50,399 nt of DNA, from assembly GCA_964635275.1 (NCBI GenBank), contig CAZWPN010000008.1, positions 1-50,399 on the forward strand, in the 5' to 3' direction. Source of the stretch: an uncultured Victivallales bacterium. Lineage in GTDB: Bacteria; Verrucomicrobiota; Kiritimatiellia; UBA8416; CAZWPN01. Shown here piece by piece: positions 10,901-21,779 of the stretch (the first letter of the stretch is position 1; each line of letters begins with the position of its first letter). The notes below the pieces were generated by a model, which saw only the letters and a program-made list of their open reading frames with translations, was not told the origin of the DNA and made no database searches. The position numbers were made by a program, and so were the translations under genes.

Positions 10901-11198
10901 GGCTGTATTCCGGATATCCGAGGGGCGGCCGAGTGTCGTGGACATGATCGAGGAAAAAGCGGTCAGCTGGATCATCAACACGCCTTCGGTTGGCCCTGTC
11001 CCAAAGGAGGACGAGCGGCGGATGCGGTCACATGCGGTAATTCGCGGCATCCCCATTACTACAACCGTGGACGGGATGCGGGCGGCTGTCAGCGGGTTGG
11101 AGGCGCTGAAGAAGACCGGTCACATTGAGGTCTGCAGCTTGCAGGAATATCATCGCCACAGCCCCTCCGTAAAACTCCCAGTGAGGACTTCACCATGA
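7923..11198 (+). CDS. carB: Carbamoyl-phosphate synthase large subunit
   Basis: [30 protein letters not shown]; duplicated ATP-grasp ([18 protein letters not shown]); C-terminal MGS domain. Confidence 0.98.
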   Translation: MPRRTDIKKIMLIGSGPIVIGQACEFDYSGVQACKSLREEGYEIVLVNSNPATIMTDPEFADRTYIEPLTVDCIREIIRRERPDALLPTMGGQTALNLAIQLDEQGVLQRFGVEMIGANPGVIRKAEDRGLFKAAMQRIGLDVPRSASAHSIEEARAIRNRLGSFPLVIRPGFTMGGTGGGIAFDDKEFEEIVQRGLFYSPTKEVLIEESVLGWKEFELEVMRDCKDNCVIVCSIENVDPMGVHTGDSITVAPALTLTDREYQRMRDAAIAVMREIGVDTGGSNVQFAINPDDGRMVVVEMNPRVSRSSALASKATGFPIAKIAAKLAVGYTLDEIRNDITRETPACFEPAIDYIVTKIPRFAFEKFAGADDRLGTQMKSVGETMSIGKTFKQSFQKALRSLETGRAGFGADGKDQRFEGFSDEELGANLTRPNATRVFAIRAAYRRGWSVDRIHALTRIDRWFLRQFEELAAYEDEIRRAGGLGGLKADPALFRQAKEFGYSDRQLAWLCGSTESAVRDARETLALKPVYGLVDTCAAEFSAFTPYFYSTYGGVNESRPSGRRKIMILGGGPNRIGQGIEFDYCCVHAAFALRDAGFETIMVNSNPETVSTDYDTSDRLYFEPLTLEDVLHIYRHEGCEGVIVQFGGQTPLNLARDLERNGVKVVGTKPDSIEMAEDRKCFAEMVERLGICQPANGIATTIAEAELIAERIGYPVLMRPSFVLGGRAMVIVYDRNMLHRYMTDAVDVSEKRPVLVDHYLENAMEVDVDCISDGEIVVIGAIMEHVELAGIHSGDSACTIPTSGLSPEVLNTIRLQTVAMAKELKVCGLMNVQFAVQNETVFVLEVNPRASRTVPFVSKAIGVPLAKLGALVMVGHKLKDLGFTQELSTKYHSVKEAVFPFTRFPGVDVVLSPEMRSTGEVMGIDSSVAMAFLKSQVAAGNPLPTSGNVFLSVRDDDKAATLPLARRLVELGFTIYSTSGTSTILRENGIRSQAVFRISEGRPSVVDMIEEKAVSWIINTPSVGPVPKEDERRMRSHAVIRGIPITTTVDGMRAAVSGLEALKKTGHIEVCSLQEYHRHSPSVKLPVRTSP

Positions 11199-12352
11199 GT
11201 GGTAAATGGCGCTGGGCTGAGCAGCGGAATCAACCGGCGTTCTTGGCGTTGGAAGACGGGACTGTGCATCGGGGATACTCGGTCGGCGCGTCGCGCGATG
11301 CACTGGGCGAAGTCGTGTTCAACACGGGCATGAGCGGATATCAGGAGATCCTGAGCGACCCGTCATACAGTGGGCAGTTTGTGACGATGACGTGCCCGGA
11401 GATCGGCAATGTCGGTATGAATCCCGAGGACATGGAGTCGCGGGCGCTGTTTGCCAACGGGTTCCTTATCCATGAGCTGAACGAGGCCAGCAACTGGCGC
11501 GCTTCGGAGTCGCTGAGCGCCTGTCTGAAGAGGTATGACATCCCTGCGCTGGCTGGAATTGACACGAGGGCGCTGACGACCCGGTTGCGCGAGAAGGGTA
11601 CTTTGAAGGGGTTCCTCTCGATCTCGGGGAAAGTCTCGGAAGCAGACGCTGTGAAGGAGGCGAGGGCATGGTCCGGACTGGACGGACAGGACTATGCGTC
11701 CAAGGTGAGCTGCGAAGTGCCGTACGAGTGGGACGTCGAAACGCGTCGGACCTGTTCATGGGGATTCCCGGACCCCGCGCCGGTAGCGGACCTCCACGTT
11801 GTGGCGTATGATTTTGGTATCAAGTGGAATATCCTGAGGGGATTGCGTCAGAGCGGGATGCGTATTACGGTTGTACCCGCCCGAACAACGGCAACGGAGG
11901 TGATGCGATTGAAGCCGGACGGGGTCTTCCTTTCTAACGGGCCCGCTGATCCTGCAGCCGTGACGTATGCCGTGGAGGCGGCTCGGTCACTCATCGGAAA
12001 GGTGCCCATCATGGGGATATGCCTGGGGCACCAGTTGCTCGGGCTTGCCATGGGCGGCCGGACGTACCGGCTCAAGTTCGGGCATCACGGGATCAATCAT
12101 CCTGTCAAGGATCTGCTCACAGGCAAAGTGGAGATCACGTCGCAGAACCACAACTTCGCTGTAGACCCCAAGAGTCTGGATCCTGCGTGCGTGGAGACTA
12201 CGCACATCAACCTGAACGACGGAACGGTGGAAGGGCTGCGGCATCGTACTGAGCCCGTATTTTGCGTCCAATACCATCCGGAAGCCGGACCAGGGCCGCA
12301 TGACCCCTTCTACCTATTCGGAAGGTTCCGCGCTCTGATCGGGAAAGCCTGA
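11195..12352 (+). CDS. carA: Carbamoyl-phosphate synthase small subunit
   Basis: [39 protein letters not shown]. Confidence 0.98.
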   Translation: MSGKWRWAEQRNQPAFLALEDGTVHRGYSVGASRDALGEVVFNTGMSGYQEILSDPSYSGQFVTMTCPEIGNVGMNPEDMESRALFANGFLIHELNEASNWRASESLSACLKRYDIPALAGIDTRALTTRLREKGTLKGFLSISGKVSEADAVKEARAWSGLDGQDYASKVSCEVPYEWDVETRRTCSWGFPDPAPVADLHVVAYDFGIKWNILRGLRQSGMRITVVPARTTATEVMRLKPDGVFLSNGPADPAAVTYAVEAARSLIGKVPIMGICLGHQLLGLAMGGRTYRLKFGHHGINHPVKDLLTGKVEITSQNHNFAVDPKSLDPACVETTHINLNDGTVEGLRHRTEPVFCVQYHPEAGPGPHDPFYLFGRFRALIGKA

Positions 12353-13300
12353 TCTGGTAACGCAGGTGAGCAATCCGCGCGTGATTCCTTCGGCTATGGC
12401 ATTCTGGTAGGATGGCGATGCCAGCCGGTCCGCCTCATCGCTATGGGAGAGGAATCCGCATTCGACGAGAGCGGCGGGACAGGTGGCTTGTTTGAGCACA
12501 TCGAACCTTGCCCTCCGGATTCCCCTGTCAGGTGCCGATGTCTGGGTGATGATCCCCTTTTGGAGGCAATAGGCCAGAAAGATGCTGGCGTGGTCAAACG
12601 CGTTGCCCGTGTGACCGGCGGATGCCCGTCCGTTGCCGGAACTGGACGGGAATCCGGGTCCCGGCAGAACGTAGGTTTCGACGCCAACCGCGGCGGGGTT
12701 CCGGGCGTGGTTGAGGTGGATGCTGACAAAGAACGTTGCGCCCCTGCTGTTGATCTGTTCAGTGCGGTTGGACAGCGAGAGCGCAGTGTCGCTGTCGCGG
12801 GTCAGTTCTGCGGTGACCTGGCAGGCGGCGAGTTTCTGGCGAACCGCATTTGCGATGGCGAGAGCAATTGTCTTTTCAAGCATATGGCGATCCGATTGCG
12901 CGCCGGCGTCCGGTCCGCCGTGTCCAGGATCGAGCAGGACGATGGGTCGGTCTGAGGCCGAGCCGGGGGCCGGTTGCAGGAGTGGAATCAAGGTGCCCAT
13001 CCAGTCAGCGCAGTGGATTGTCCACGTGCTGCCCTGTAATCGGATGCCCTCGTTGAGCCATACCTGTACGCCGTTGAAACGAATGAGTCGGCTGTCGTGC
13101 TCCATGCCGATGACGGCGTCGTGCCCCTGCAGCAGGAGTGATTGCTCCGATATTGTGGCGGTCAGCCCGGATTTCGCGGCAAGGGATAAGACAGGCATCC
13201 GCATCTGATCGAGATCCTGCGCCATGGAGAATGTGGAGACAGTGGTCAGTGCCAAGGCGAGAAACTGGCCGGTACGAGGGACGCTGTGCCGCCTCCGCAT
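12314..13300 (-). CDS. N-acetylmuramoyl-L-alanine amidase (Amidase_3)
   Basis: Signal-peptide-like N-terminus; [30 protein letters not shown]. Start uncertain; 39-bp convergent overlap with carA. Confidence 0.9.
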   Translation of the reverse strand: MRRRHSVPRTGQFLALALTTVSTFSMAQDLDQMRMPVLSLAAKSGLTATISEQSLLLQGHDAVIGMEHDSRLIRFNGVQVWLNEGIRLQGSTWTIHCADWMGTLIPLLQPAPGSASDRPIVLLDPGHGGPDAGAQSDRHMLEKTIALAIANAVRQKLAACQVTAELTRDSDTALSLSNRTEQINSRGATFFVSIHLNHARNPAAVGVETYVLPGPGFPSSSGNGRASAGHTGNAFDHASIFLAYCLQKGIITQTSAPDRGIRRARFDVLKQATCPAALVECGFLSHSDEADRLASPSYQNAIAEGITRGLLTCVTRSGFPDQSAEPSE

Positions 13301-13424
13301 CTCCCTGTTGTGATGTACCTGAACTTGACGCAGAGGATGAATTATTGCATACATACTGACCATGCGACGATGTTACGGCAGATGAAGCCGTAAAGGCAAG
13401 TTTGTCTGGGGGTTACCATTCTGT

Positions 13425-14810
13425 ATGAGCGAAATGACGATCGAGCAAGTGTCGGCACCCTCACGTGATCTGTTTAACAAAGGGTTGACGCTTCTGGAGC
13501 GGGGCAACCTTGACTACGCCGTTGATTTATTGACGCGCAGTGTGGAGATGTGCCCTGAGTTTCTTCAGGCGCGCCGGTACCTTCGTATTGCGGAGGTTCA
13601 GCGCTTCAAGCGTCAGCGACCGGGTGCTGTTGGCCAAGCCCTGTCTTTGCTGAAGGGGTTGCCATCCTATGTTCAAGCGCAAGCAGCCTTGAAATCAGGC
13701 CGATTCAGTGCGGCGCTGTCGCACGTTGAGCGGCTGCTGGCCTTGGAACCGCTGAACAAGGGATACGTGAGACTGTTCGCGGATGTGGCGGACGGGATGG
13801 GCTTTCCCGAGGCGGCGGTACAGACGCTGGAGGTATATCGCGAGAACTTTCCCCAGGACCCTGAGATACTGCTGTTGCTTGGCGAAATCTACATGGAGCT
13901 GCAGCAGGCGCGGCAGGCACAGGAGTGTTTTGAGCGACTCAACATCATAAAGCCGAACGACCCTTCGGTGCTTCGGGCGCTGAAGAATGCGATGGCGCTG
14001 GTCAGCCTGACGCGCGATGGGTGGGAGGTTGCGGCCGCCAAGGGTTCCAGCTATCAGGATCTCATCAAAAACAAGAAGGAAGCCTCCACGCTGGAAAAGG
14101 AGTCCAAGGCGGTCAAGGACGAGAACGACGTGGAAGCACTGATCGCAGCGACGAAGTCCCGTCTCGCTACAGAACCCGGCAATGTGAACAACTATCGGCA
14201 GTTGGCCAGGCTCTACACGCAGAAACACAGCTATGAAGAAGCCATTGGCGTTCTGCGCCAGGCGATTGGAATGAACCCCGGCGATCCGGAATTGGACGGG
14301 GCGCTCAGCGCAATCATGATTCAGCAGTTCGATCATCAGATTATGGTGCTGCGGGAAGCGGGCAGTGAGGAGGATGCCGGGCGGCTCCTGTCGGAGCGCG
14401 AGCGATTTGTGCATGAGGATCTTCTGCAGCGAGTCGAGCGGTATCCGAACGATCTGCGTCTGCGTTACGAGCTAGGGTTGGTTCTATACCAGCGGCAGCA
14501 GACGGATCAGGCTATCCAGCAGTTCCAACTCGCCCAGAAGAACATACGGCACCGGTCGATGGCGCTGTACTACTTGGGCCGATGCTTCCGCGACAAGCGG
14601 CAGTACGATATGGCGCGCGAGCAACTGGAGAAGGCGGTCATGGAGATGATCGTGCTGGATGACGACAAGAAGGAAGTCCTTTACCAGCTTGGCGAGGTGT
14701 GTGAAATCGTGGGTGACTCGGCCAAGGCGATGGAGCATTTCAAGCAAATCTACCAGGTGGATATCGGGTTCAAGGACATTGCCAGCAAAGTCGAGCGTGG
14801 CTACCGGTAA
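13425..14810 (+). CDS. Tetratricopeptide repeat protein
   Basis: Multiple TPR-like helical repeats (GNLDYAVDLL..., YELGLVLY...AIQQFQLA, LYYLGRCF, LYQLGEVC). Confidence 0.85.
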   Translation: MSEMTIEQVSAPSRDLFNKGLTLLERGNLDYAVDLLTRSVEMCPEFLQARRYLRIAEVQRFKRQRPGAVGQALSLLKGLPSYVQAQAALKSGRFSAALSHVERLLALEPLNKGYVRLFADVADGMGFPEAAVQTLEVYRENFPQDPEILLLLGEIYMELQQARQAQECFERLNIIKPNDPSVLRALKNAMALVSLTRDGWEVAAAKGSSYQDLIKNKKEASTLEKESKAVKDENDVEALIAATKSRLATEPGNVNNYRQLARLYTQKHSYEEAIGVLRQAIGMNPGDPELDGALSAIMIQQFDHQIMVLREAGSEEDAGRLLSERERFVHEDLLQRVERYPNDLRLRYELGLVLYQRQQTDQAIQQFQLAQKNIRHRSMALYYLGRCFRDKRQYDMAREQLEKAVMEMIVLDDDKKEVLYQLGEVCEIVGDSAKAMEHFKQIYQVDIGFKDIASKVERGYR

Positions 14811-14975
14811 TTTGTCTGGTTTATCGTTGTGCCGGGTGCCATGTGAACGGGGGCCAGTGCGCGACGCCGTTTATGGTGTGTGGCCGCTCGTTTGGGAAGT
14901 CGTTGCGTCCTCTGCCGCACAGAAAGGTCCGACGAATCTGCTGCAACACGCACATGCAGCGCCACTCAAGGCGGG

Positions 14976-15797
14976 CTAATCCTCGGCGGCAGCAACAGCC
15001 GTTGCAGGTGGCGGCGAAGGCCACTTTCCTTGAAGGGCGGCACGAATCAGGTCCTTCGTGTCGCGGGGGAAATCGCTCTTCATCATCCAGTTGATGAACG
15101 AAATGTCTGTCTGTATTATTTGGGCCAGTGATTCTCCTTGCCGGCGCCCGAAATTCAAGATGATCTGGCCGTTGGCCCACTTCAGCTTGCCCGTGCGATC
15201 TGCCCAAGCGGGATCCCGCGGGTTGCAGTAGACGTCAAGCGCTTCCATTTCCCTTGGCAGATCGGGGTACCGATCCATCTGCGCCTGCAAGACACGAAAT
15301 GTTGCCTCCGCGTCCGGCAGCGCCCCGTGGGCGTTGAGGTGGAGTTCGCCGCAGTAGTAGGCGAGGGCGGCGGGCAGATCGCGGGGAACTTTCCTGTGAA
15401 AGATGCGCTGAGCGTCGATGATGCGACGCGAATCGGTCAGGAACTTCCTGTTAGTACGTGCAAATTCCTCCACCAGGATTGGTATGTCGAAGCGGATGAG
15501 GTTATAGCCGGCGAGATCGGCGTCCCCGAAGACGGATTCAATCTCAGCCGCCCGGTCGGCGAAGACCGGGCATGCAATTACGTCCGCGTCACAGATGCCG
15601 TGGATAGCGGTAGATGCGGGTGGTATCGGCATCTGTGGATTCAGGCGCCAGCAGTGGTTGGTCCGCTCTCCAGACGGCATCACCTTGACTATGGCCAGAT
15701 CAATGATCCGGTCAAAACGGGGATTGATTCCCGTGGACTCAATGTCGAACACGGCAAGCGGACGCTCCAGGCTCCATCGAAAGGGTTTACATTCCAT
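14976..15797 (-). CDS. DEDDh 3'-5' exonuclease (DNA pol III epsilon-like)
   Basis: ExoI FDIESTG, ExoII YNLIRFD, ExoIII HGALPD; C-terminal FGRRQG motif. Confidence 0.92.
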   Translation of the reverse strand: MECKPFRWSLERPLAVFDIESTGINPRFDRIIDLAIVKVMPSGERTNHCWRLNPQMPIPPASTAIHGICDADVIACPVFADRAAEIESVFGDADLAGYNLIRFDIPILVEEFARTNRKFLTDSRRIIDAQRIFHRKVPRDLPAALAYYCGELHLNAHGALPDAEATFRVLQAQMDRYPDLPREMEALDVYCNPRDPAWADRTGKLKWANGQIILNFGRRQGESLAQIIQTDISFINWMMKSDFPRDTKDLIRAALQGKWPSPPPATAVAAAED

Positions 15798-15954
15798 GTG
15801 GCAAGCATATGCCGTGGATTTCCAGTTACAAGCAAATACCGTATGGCTGCTGGTTTCCTGGGATCAGGGTCCGCCAGCCTTGATTGTATAGCCTTGTGGT
15901 GGTAGCCTTGATCCCAGTTCTTCGGGGGGTGAAAGAGGGGAAGGGCGTACACCT

Positions 15955-16731
15955 GTGCGAGTTTGTGTTTTAGGCAGCGGCAGTTCCGGGAACTGCACGT
16001 TGGTGGAGGCGGGGCAGACTCGCATCCTTGTGGATGCCGGGCTGAGCGCGCGTGAAACTCGCCGGCGTCTTGATGCGATCGGGATTCCGCCGGAGTCCGT
16101 GACCGCCATATGTGTGACGCACGAGCATGATGATCACTGCGGGGCGCTGCGTGCTCTCAGCCGAAAGGGACTGGTGGCGCTCTACGCGAATTCGGGAACG
16201 ATGGAAGGGATTGTGAATGGCGGCAAGGGAGATGGATTGGCCTGGAACATATTCTCAACGGGATCGGCTTTCGCCGTGGGAGAGATGCTGTTGGAGCCGT
16301 TCTCAGTGCCGCACGATTCCTATGATCCCGTGGGATTCGTCATACGATCGGGTGCCAGCAGTCTCGGAATTGTGACCGACATGGGGGTGGTGACGGGATT
16401 GATAAGGGAGAGGCTTACCGGAAGCCAGGTCGTGGTGCTGGAATCCAACCACGACGAGCAGATGCTTCGGGATGCGGACCGGCCGTGGAGCCTGAAGCAA
16501 AGAATTGCGGGGAGGCAAGGCCACCTGTCCAATGCGCAGGCCGGAGAGTTGCTTGTTTCCGTTGCCGGGGCGGGGTTGAGGGTCGTGTTCCTGGCGCACC
16601 TTAGTTCTGAATGCAACCGCCCGGATCTGGCTCGAAGGACCGTCTGCGATGCATTGGCTCGGGCGGGGCACTGCCACGTAGATGTTCGCCTGACCCGTCC
16701 GGATGGCCCCAGCGACATCGTTGATTTCTGA
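15955..16731 (+). CDS. MBL-fold metallo-hydrolase (YycJ/WalJ-like)
   Basis: LGSGSSGN, VDAG, THEHDDH, VPHD, LESNHD, GHLSN, LAHLS. Confidence 0.92.
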   Translation: MRVCVLGSGSSGNCTLVEAGQTRILVDAGLSARETRRRLDAIGIPPESVTAICVTHEHDDHCGALRALSRKGLVALYANSGTMEGIVNGGKGDGLAWNIFSTGSAFAVGEMLLEPFSVPHDSYDPVGFVIRSGASSLGIVTDMGVVTGLIRERLTGSQVVVLESNHDEQMLRDADRPWSLKQRIAGRQGHLSNAQAGELLVSVAGAGLRVVFLAHLSSECNRPDLARRTVCDALARAGHCHVDVRLTRPDGPSDIVDF

Positions 16732-16733
16732 CC

Positions 16734-17093
16734 CTACATCCCGAAGAACCTGGCGGGAGCGATGCGTTCGAACGACTTGAGAATAACTATGTCGCTAAGG
16801 AGGACGCCTCGCCCCGGAATCGTATGGAACTCCATTAGCACCTGCGGCGAGCGCACCTCGATCTTGTCGTCATTGTAAGTCACTTCAGCGCTTTTGTGTT
16901 CACGCTTCACGGTCTCGACCAGTTCGTCCAGCCTGAACACGGTTGCCACGGTTCGATCGTTCACGCGGCAGAACACGCGTGGCGAATCGGACGTGTCGGA
17001 CGGCGTCGAGAATCGCCATGCGCCTACGGCGATGGCAAGCAGCGCCATCGCCACGGCGAGGGGGAACATACGGTGTTCAAGGATATGTCTCAT
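16734..17093 (-). CDS. Hypothetical protein with N-terminal TM/signal anchor
   Basis: 119 aa; ATGA overlap with the upstream suhB-like gene; hydrophobic N-terminus. Confidence 0.65.
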   Translation of the reverse strand: MRHILEHRMFPLAVAMALLAIAVGAWRFSTPSDTSDSPRVFCRVNDRTVATVFRLDELVETVKREHKSAEVTYNDDKIEVRSPQVLMEFHTIPGRGVLLSDIVILKSFERIAPARFFGM

Positions 17094-17884
17094 TGTTCGA
17101 TGACCTCCGTAATCAGGCGCTTCATCGGTTCGTGAACCCTTCCGTTCGATGCGAGAAACATGAGGCGGTGCGGGTCCATCTGCCTAAGCACTTCGGCGGT
17201 GCCCCCTGCGCGTTGCACAATGAGGCCAGCGGCCGCCACATCCCAGATGTAAATGCCTGCCTCAAAGTAGCCCTCTGCGGTTCCGCAGGCTACGTGGCAG
17301 ATGTCCAGTGCGGCTGCGCCCATGATGCGGGCCTTTTGAGTGTTCAGCGCCAGCTTTTCGAAGATGGCGAATGGAGGCAGGGCTGGGGATGCCTGCTTGT
17401 CCAGACCTGTCAAAACAATGGATTGGTCCAGCCTGTCGATTTGGGAAACCGATATGGGTAATCCATTGAGCGTGGCCTGACCATCCTCGGTGGCCATAAA
17501 GAGTTCGCGCATCAACGGTGCGTAGACGACGCCCGCGAGCATGCGACCGTTGCGTCGGACGGCAACAGAGGTGCACCACTGGGGGATGCCGTGGGTGAAA
17601 TTGACTGTGCCGTCGATCGGATCCACGATCCACTCGTAAGTACCCGGCGGCAGAACAGTGTGAGATGTGGTCGGAGTTTCTTCGCCCAAAATCACATGGG
17701 TGGGAAAGTGGGCGAGTATGACCTTCTCGGCGTGCTCCTGGGCTTCAACGTCAAGTCGCAGTTTTACATCGTGACGATGGACGGAGATCGTGTCCTGCCG
17801 TCGATCCATGTTCCGAGCGGCGTGGTCGGAGGCTGCCATAGCGGCCTCCTTGGCACAATCAAGAAGCTTTTGGGCAGCGATCAC
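17090..17884 (-). CDS. suhB: Inositol monophosphatase family protein
   Basis: ILGEE, WIVDPIDGTVNF, RIMGAAALD, WDVAAAGLIVQRAGG. Confidence 0.9.
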   Translation of the reverse strand: MIAAQKLLDCAKEAAMAASDHAARNMDRRQDTISVHRHDVKLRLDVEAQEHAEKVILAHFPTHVILGEETPTTSHTVLPPGTYEWIVDPIDGTVNFTHGIPQWCTSVAVRRNGRMLAGVVYAPLMRELFMATEDGQATLNGLPISVSQIDRLDQSIVLTGLDKQASPALPPFAIFEKLALNTQKARIMGAAALDICHVACGTAEGYFEAGIYIWDVAAAGLIVQRAGGTAEVLRQMDPHRLMFLASNGRVHEPMKRLITEVIEQ

Positions 17885-17908
17885 GGCGATTTCCTTGCAC
17901 TTGGGCCT

Positions 17909-20900
17909 TTATGTCTGTACGAGTTGGGGCGCCTCTGTCTGGGGTGTCCGGTGGTCCTTGAATTTCATGGACACGATCTTGGATATACCGCGCTCCGGCA
18001 TGGTCACGCCGTACAGGATGTCCGCAGTTGATATGGTCTGCCGGTTGTGAGTGATCACAACGAATTGGGACTGCTGCAGGAAGTCCTGAAGGACCTTGAC
18101 GAATCGCCCGATATTGGACTCGTCCAGCGCGGCGTCGAGTTCGTCCAGCATGCAAAACGGGCTGGGCTTGATCTGGTAGATGGAAAACAGAAGTGCGACG
18201 GCCGTCAATGTGCGCTCGCCGCCGGAGAGAAGGGACACGTTTTGCAGCCGTTTGCCAGGGGGACGTGCTATTATTTCGATACCGCACTCCAGTACGTCCT
18301 CTTCGTTCACCAGAACCAACTTGGCTGTTCCGCCGTTGAAAAGCTTCTGGAACATGACTTCGAAGTTGGCGTTTACCAACTCGAAAGTCTTGCTAAAAAG
18401 CTCCGTGGTCGTGTTGTTGATTTTGCGAATCATCTCCATCAACTGCTGCTTGGCGGAACTCAGGTCGGCTTCCTGAGCGGTCAGGAACGCAAACCGTTCT
18501 TCGAGCTCCTTGTACTCCTCTATGGCGACCAGGTTGACAGGCCCCATTGCTTCGATCTTTGTCTTCAGTTCGGCTACGCTGGTTTCGATCGCATCCAGAC
18601 CGGTGGAAACAGGTTGTCCGTCCTCGGTGACAGGAATAGGGGCGGAGAGGATTTCCTCGAGGGTGACGCTGTAGTCGGCGCTGACGCGGTCCACCAGATT
18701 CTGCCGACGCATGCGTGCTTCGGCCATTCGCACGTCGAGGTCGGCTTTCTCGGTCCGGAACCTGTCGGAGGACTGGCGCCGGGATGCGAGCTGTCCCTCC
18801 ATTGAATGGAGTTCCGTTGCCTGTTTATCACGGTTACGCTTCAGGCTCTCCACGCGGGCGAGTCGCGTTTCCACGGCCTTCTGCAGGGGTTCGATCTGGG
18901 CCTGCGTGGCGACGGTCTCATCCATAAGCCGTTTGATATTGGCTTCGTGGGACCGGATTCCGGCTGAACGCCCGCTGACAAGGTTCTGCAGCTCATCTAC
19001 CCGGCGGCGCAGCGACTCGGATTGCTGGCCCATGTGCTCCAGCTTCTGGCTCAGGTTGGCATAGCGAATCCGGCTATCCGTTGCCTCGCTGTGGAGGACG
19101 GAGCTTTGTCCCTCGAGCATGGCCATTCGCTGAGTCTGGTTCTGGATTTCGACAGTGAACCGTTCGCGCTGTGCGCGCAGTTCGTCCATCTGGGCCGCAA
19201 CGGCCTTGCGCTCGGCGACGCTGCCAGCTGATTGAGCGGTCAGTTGGTCGTGTTCCCATGTGACGGTCTCAAGCCTTTCCCTGGCTTCCTTGGCCTCGCG
19301 TGCCACGATCAGGTGTTCACCCTCCTTGTGGGCAAGGTCACGGCGGACTGCGTCCATGGTCTTGCGTGACTCAACCATGGCCTTTTCGAACTTCTCGGTG
19401 GCTGCAGTCGCCTGTTGGAACTCGGCCCGCATGGCCTCGATCTCCCTTGCCAGGCCGGACAGGACATTGGTTTCGCGGGCGATAGCTTGCCGGCGGGCCA
19501 GGGGGTTGCTCTTGCCGGGTTCGTTCATCCAGAATTCCATGCATCCATTACCACGGAAGACCATGCCGTCGGGCGTCACAAATACGACCCGATGCGGCAC
19601 CGGTGTCGGCACGTCAGCCGCCGAATCAACAAGCTGAACATTGCCCAGCAGCGCGCGGGCGGCGTCCCGGACTTCGTGTTTGCACTCGATCTGGTCGAAG
19701 AGGCTTTTGCCCGTGAGTGCGTTGCTGGGAGGGTCGAAAGGAGGAATGTCGATAGGAACCAACCGGGCGGATCCCTTGCCGGCTGACTGTAGTGTGGCCA
19801 GCAACGATCGGGCCGTGTCGCTACCCTTGACGCACACCGCATCCATCCATGTTCCCAGGACCGCTTCGACCGCTGTTTCATATTCCGGCGGGATACGGAG
19901 ATGCTCGGCCAGAGCGCCCATGATTGATGACTTGTCGATGCCCATGGGGTTCTTGGGGTCCAGCAAAGACTTTGCGCCGCCGGTGAATCCCTCGAGCGCT
20001 CGCGCCTGATCCTGCAGTATTCCCAAGCGCGCCTCAACTGCGGAGGACCTGGCGTGTGTTTCTGCCAGTTTCTGCTGGCACAACTTCGCCGACTGAATGC
20101 TGTTCAGGCGGTCAGCTTCCAATCCGGCCAACAGAGACTCGCTTTCCTCCGCCTGCCCTCGAAGGGTCTGGATAGCGCTTTGCATGCCTGAAAGACGCGA
20201 TTCATGGGATCCGTGGTTGCGGGTCAGCTGGGCTTTCTCGGCGGCAAGGCGTTCTCGCTGGATGATGTGCGATCGGTCTCGAGCGTCCATCTCGACCATT
20301 TGGTTCTGCAGTTTAGTAAGCAGTCCTTCAACGCGAACCGCTTCGTCCCGCATGCGCTGAAGTTCCTGGCGCGTTGCATCCGTAGTCTTCTGATGTTCGG
20401 TGAGGATCGCGGTGCATCGCTGCAGCGTCTTCTGGGCCTCGTCGTATTCGCCCTGTATCCGCTGCTGATCGGTGCGCATCTGAAGAAGCGACTTTTCCTG
20501 ATCATCCATCTGGCGTTGCGTACTATCCACTTCGCGGGTATCGCGGTCGGCCCAGGACCGGTATTCCTCGATCCTCTGCTGGTTTGAAAGTATCAACTCG
20601 CGGGCCCGGTCCAGATGGTTCTGTGACTGTGAGACGGACTCGGTGGTTGTGCCGATTTCCCGCTCGGTGGCCATCAGGTTTTCCCGGACTGATTGCAGTC
20701 CGGATTCCAGATCGCCGATCTCGCCCTGGATGGAAGTCAGTTGCTCGCCTGCGCGGTTGAGGTCACCTTGCAACACGGTAAGTGCCTGATCGAGACCGCC
20801 AACCCGCTCGCGCGTGGCATGGAGCTCCAGCGCGCGCAGCTCATTTCGCATGGCTTTGTAGCGCCTGGCCTTTCCTGCCTGTCGCTGAAGCGATCCGATC

Positions 20901-21502
20901 TGCCGCTTGACCTCTGCGATGACGTCGGCGAGCCGCAGGAGATTTGCCTCCGTCTGTTCCAGCTTCCGCAAGGCCTCCTTCTTGTCCGCCTTGAATTTGG
21001 TTATGCCGCTGGCCTCCTCGAAGACAGCCCGGCGGTCTTCCGGACGGGAACTCAGGATGCGGTCGATCTTCCCCTGTTCCATGAACGAGTAGGACGTGGT
21101 GCCAATGCCGGTGTCCATGAAGAGGCGCTGGATGTCCTTGAGCCGGCAGGGAGTCTTGTTGATGAAGTACTCACCTTCCCCAGACCGGAAGACGCGGCGT
21201 GAGATGGTGACCTCGTCATAATCGGTGCCGAGTGTCTTATCTGCGTCGGCGAAGGTGATGCTGACCTCAGCCATTCCCATGGGTTTGCGATTGTCCGTGC
21301 CATTAAAGATGACGTCTTCCATCTTCGCGCCGCGCATGGCCTTCGCGCTCTGTTCGCCCAGCACCCATCGGATTGCATCGGAAATATTGCTCTTCCCGCA
21401 ACCGTTGGGTCCGACGATGGCCGTCATGCCAGGCTCGAAATCCAACTTGGTCTTAAAAGCGAAACTCTTGAAACCGTTGATGTCTAGGCACTTAAGATAC
21501 AC
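17909..21502 (-). CDS. smc: Chromosome segregation protein SMC
   Basis: GFKSF, Walker A GPNGCGKSN, long coiled coils with hinge, LSGGE, Walker B FCMLDELDAALD; GTG start with AGGAGG. Confidence 0.98.
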   Translation of the reverse strand: MYLKCLDINGFKSFAFKTKLDFEPGMTAIVGPNGCGKSNISDAIRWVLGEQSAKAMRGAKMEDVIFNGTDNRKPMGMAEVSITFADADKTLGTDYDEVTISRRVFRSGEGEYFINKTPCRLKDIQRLFMDTGIGTTSYSFMEQGKIDRILSSRPEDRRAVFEEASGITKFKADKKEALRKLEQTEANLLRLADVIAEVKRQIGSLQRQAGKARRYKAMRNELRALELHATRERVGGLDQALTVLQGDLNRAGEQLTSIQGEIGDLESGLQSVRENLMATEREIGTTTESVSQSQNHLDRARELILSNQQRIEEYRSWADRDTREVDSTQRQMDDQEKSLLQMRTDQQRIQGEYDEAQKTLQRCTAILTEHQKTTDATRQELQRMRDEAVRVEGLLTKLQNQMVEMDARDRSHIIQRERLAAEKAQLTRNHGSHESRLSGMQSAIQTLRGQAEESESLLAGLEADRLNSIQSAKLCQQKLAETHARSSAVEARLGILQDQARALEGFTGGAKSLLDPKNPMGIDKSSIMGALAEHLRIPPEYETAVEAVLGTWMDAVCVKGSDTARSLLATLQSAGKGSARLVPIDIPPFDPPSNALTGKSLFDQIECKHEVRDAARALLGNVQLVDSAADVPTPVPHRVVFVTPDGMVFRGNGCMEFWMNEPGKSNPLARRQAIARETNVLSGLAREIEAMRAEFQQATAATEKFEKAMVESRKTMDAVRRDLAHKEGEHLIVAREAKEARERLETVTWEHDQLTAQSAGSVAERKAVAAQMDELRAQRERFTVEIQNQTQRMAMLEGQSSVLHSEATDSRIRYANLSQKLEHMGQQSESLRRRVDELQNLVSGRSAGIRSHEANIKRLMDETVATQAQIEPLQKAVETRLARVESLKRNRDKQATELHSMEGQLASRRQSSDRFRTEKADLDVRMAEARMRRQNLVDRVSADYSVTLEEILSAPIPVTEDGQPVSTGLDAIETSVAELKTKIEAMGPVNLVAIEEYKELEERFAFLTAQEADLSSAKQQLMEMIRKINNTTTELFSKTFELVNANFEVMFQKLFNGGTAKLVLVNEEDVLECGIEIIARPPGKRLQNVSLLSGGERTLTAVALLFSIYQIKPSPFCMLDELDAALDESNIGRFVKVLQDFLQQSQFVVITHNRQTISTADILYGVTMPERGISKIVSMKFKDHRTPQTEAPQLVQT

Positions 21503-21779
21503 CGTCGCCTCCTGTTGAGGTTTCGCGTGTACCTATATCATGTGCCCCCGTCGCCTGCAACCGCAATCTGTAGGGGGGGGGCATACGGGCGTCAATTACG
21601 CCGGATTACGCGCTCGTGCTCTGTCCGGCTGTCGCTTGGCAACATTCGGATTGAGATATCCCGTGCGGCATCTGAATATCTTGAGGGGCCATGGTGATTC
21701 CTGAGAAGCGATCGCATGTTAATTGGCTGGAATCCGGTGGTGTCGGAGAGTAGTATCCTTTCCAACAAAGGGGACAGGC

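Noticed and set aside
7923-11198. CarB acting as the missing biotin carboxylase
   Set aside because: It is a canonical CPS large subunit coupled to carA and shares only the ATP-grasp fold.
14811-14975. ncRNA between the convergent TPR and exonuclease genes
   Set aside because: Only generic hairpins, consistent with termination; no recognisable RNA family.
21503-21779. ZMP/ZTP riboswitch upstream of the purH-like gene
   Set aside because: I could not find the GACUGGCG / CGCCUGGGC consensus elements; an Rfam scan would settle it.
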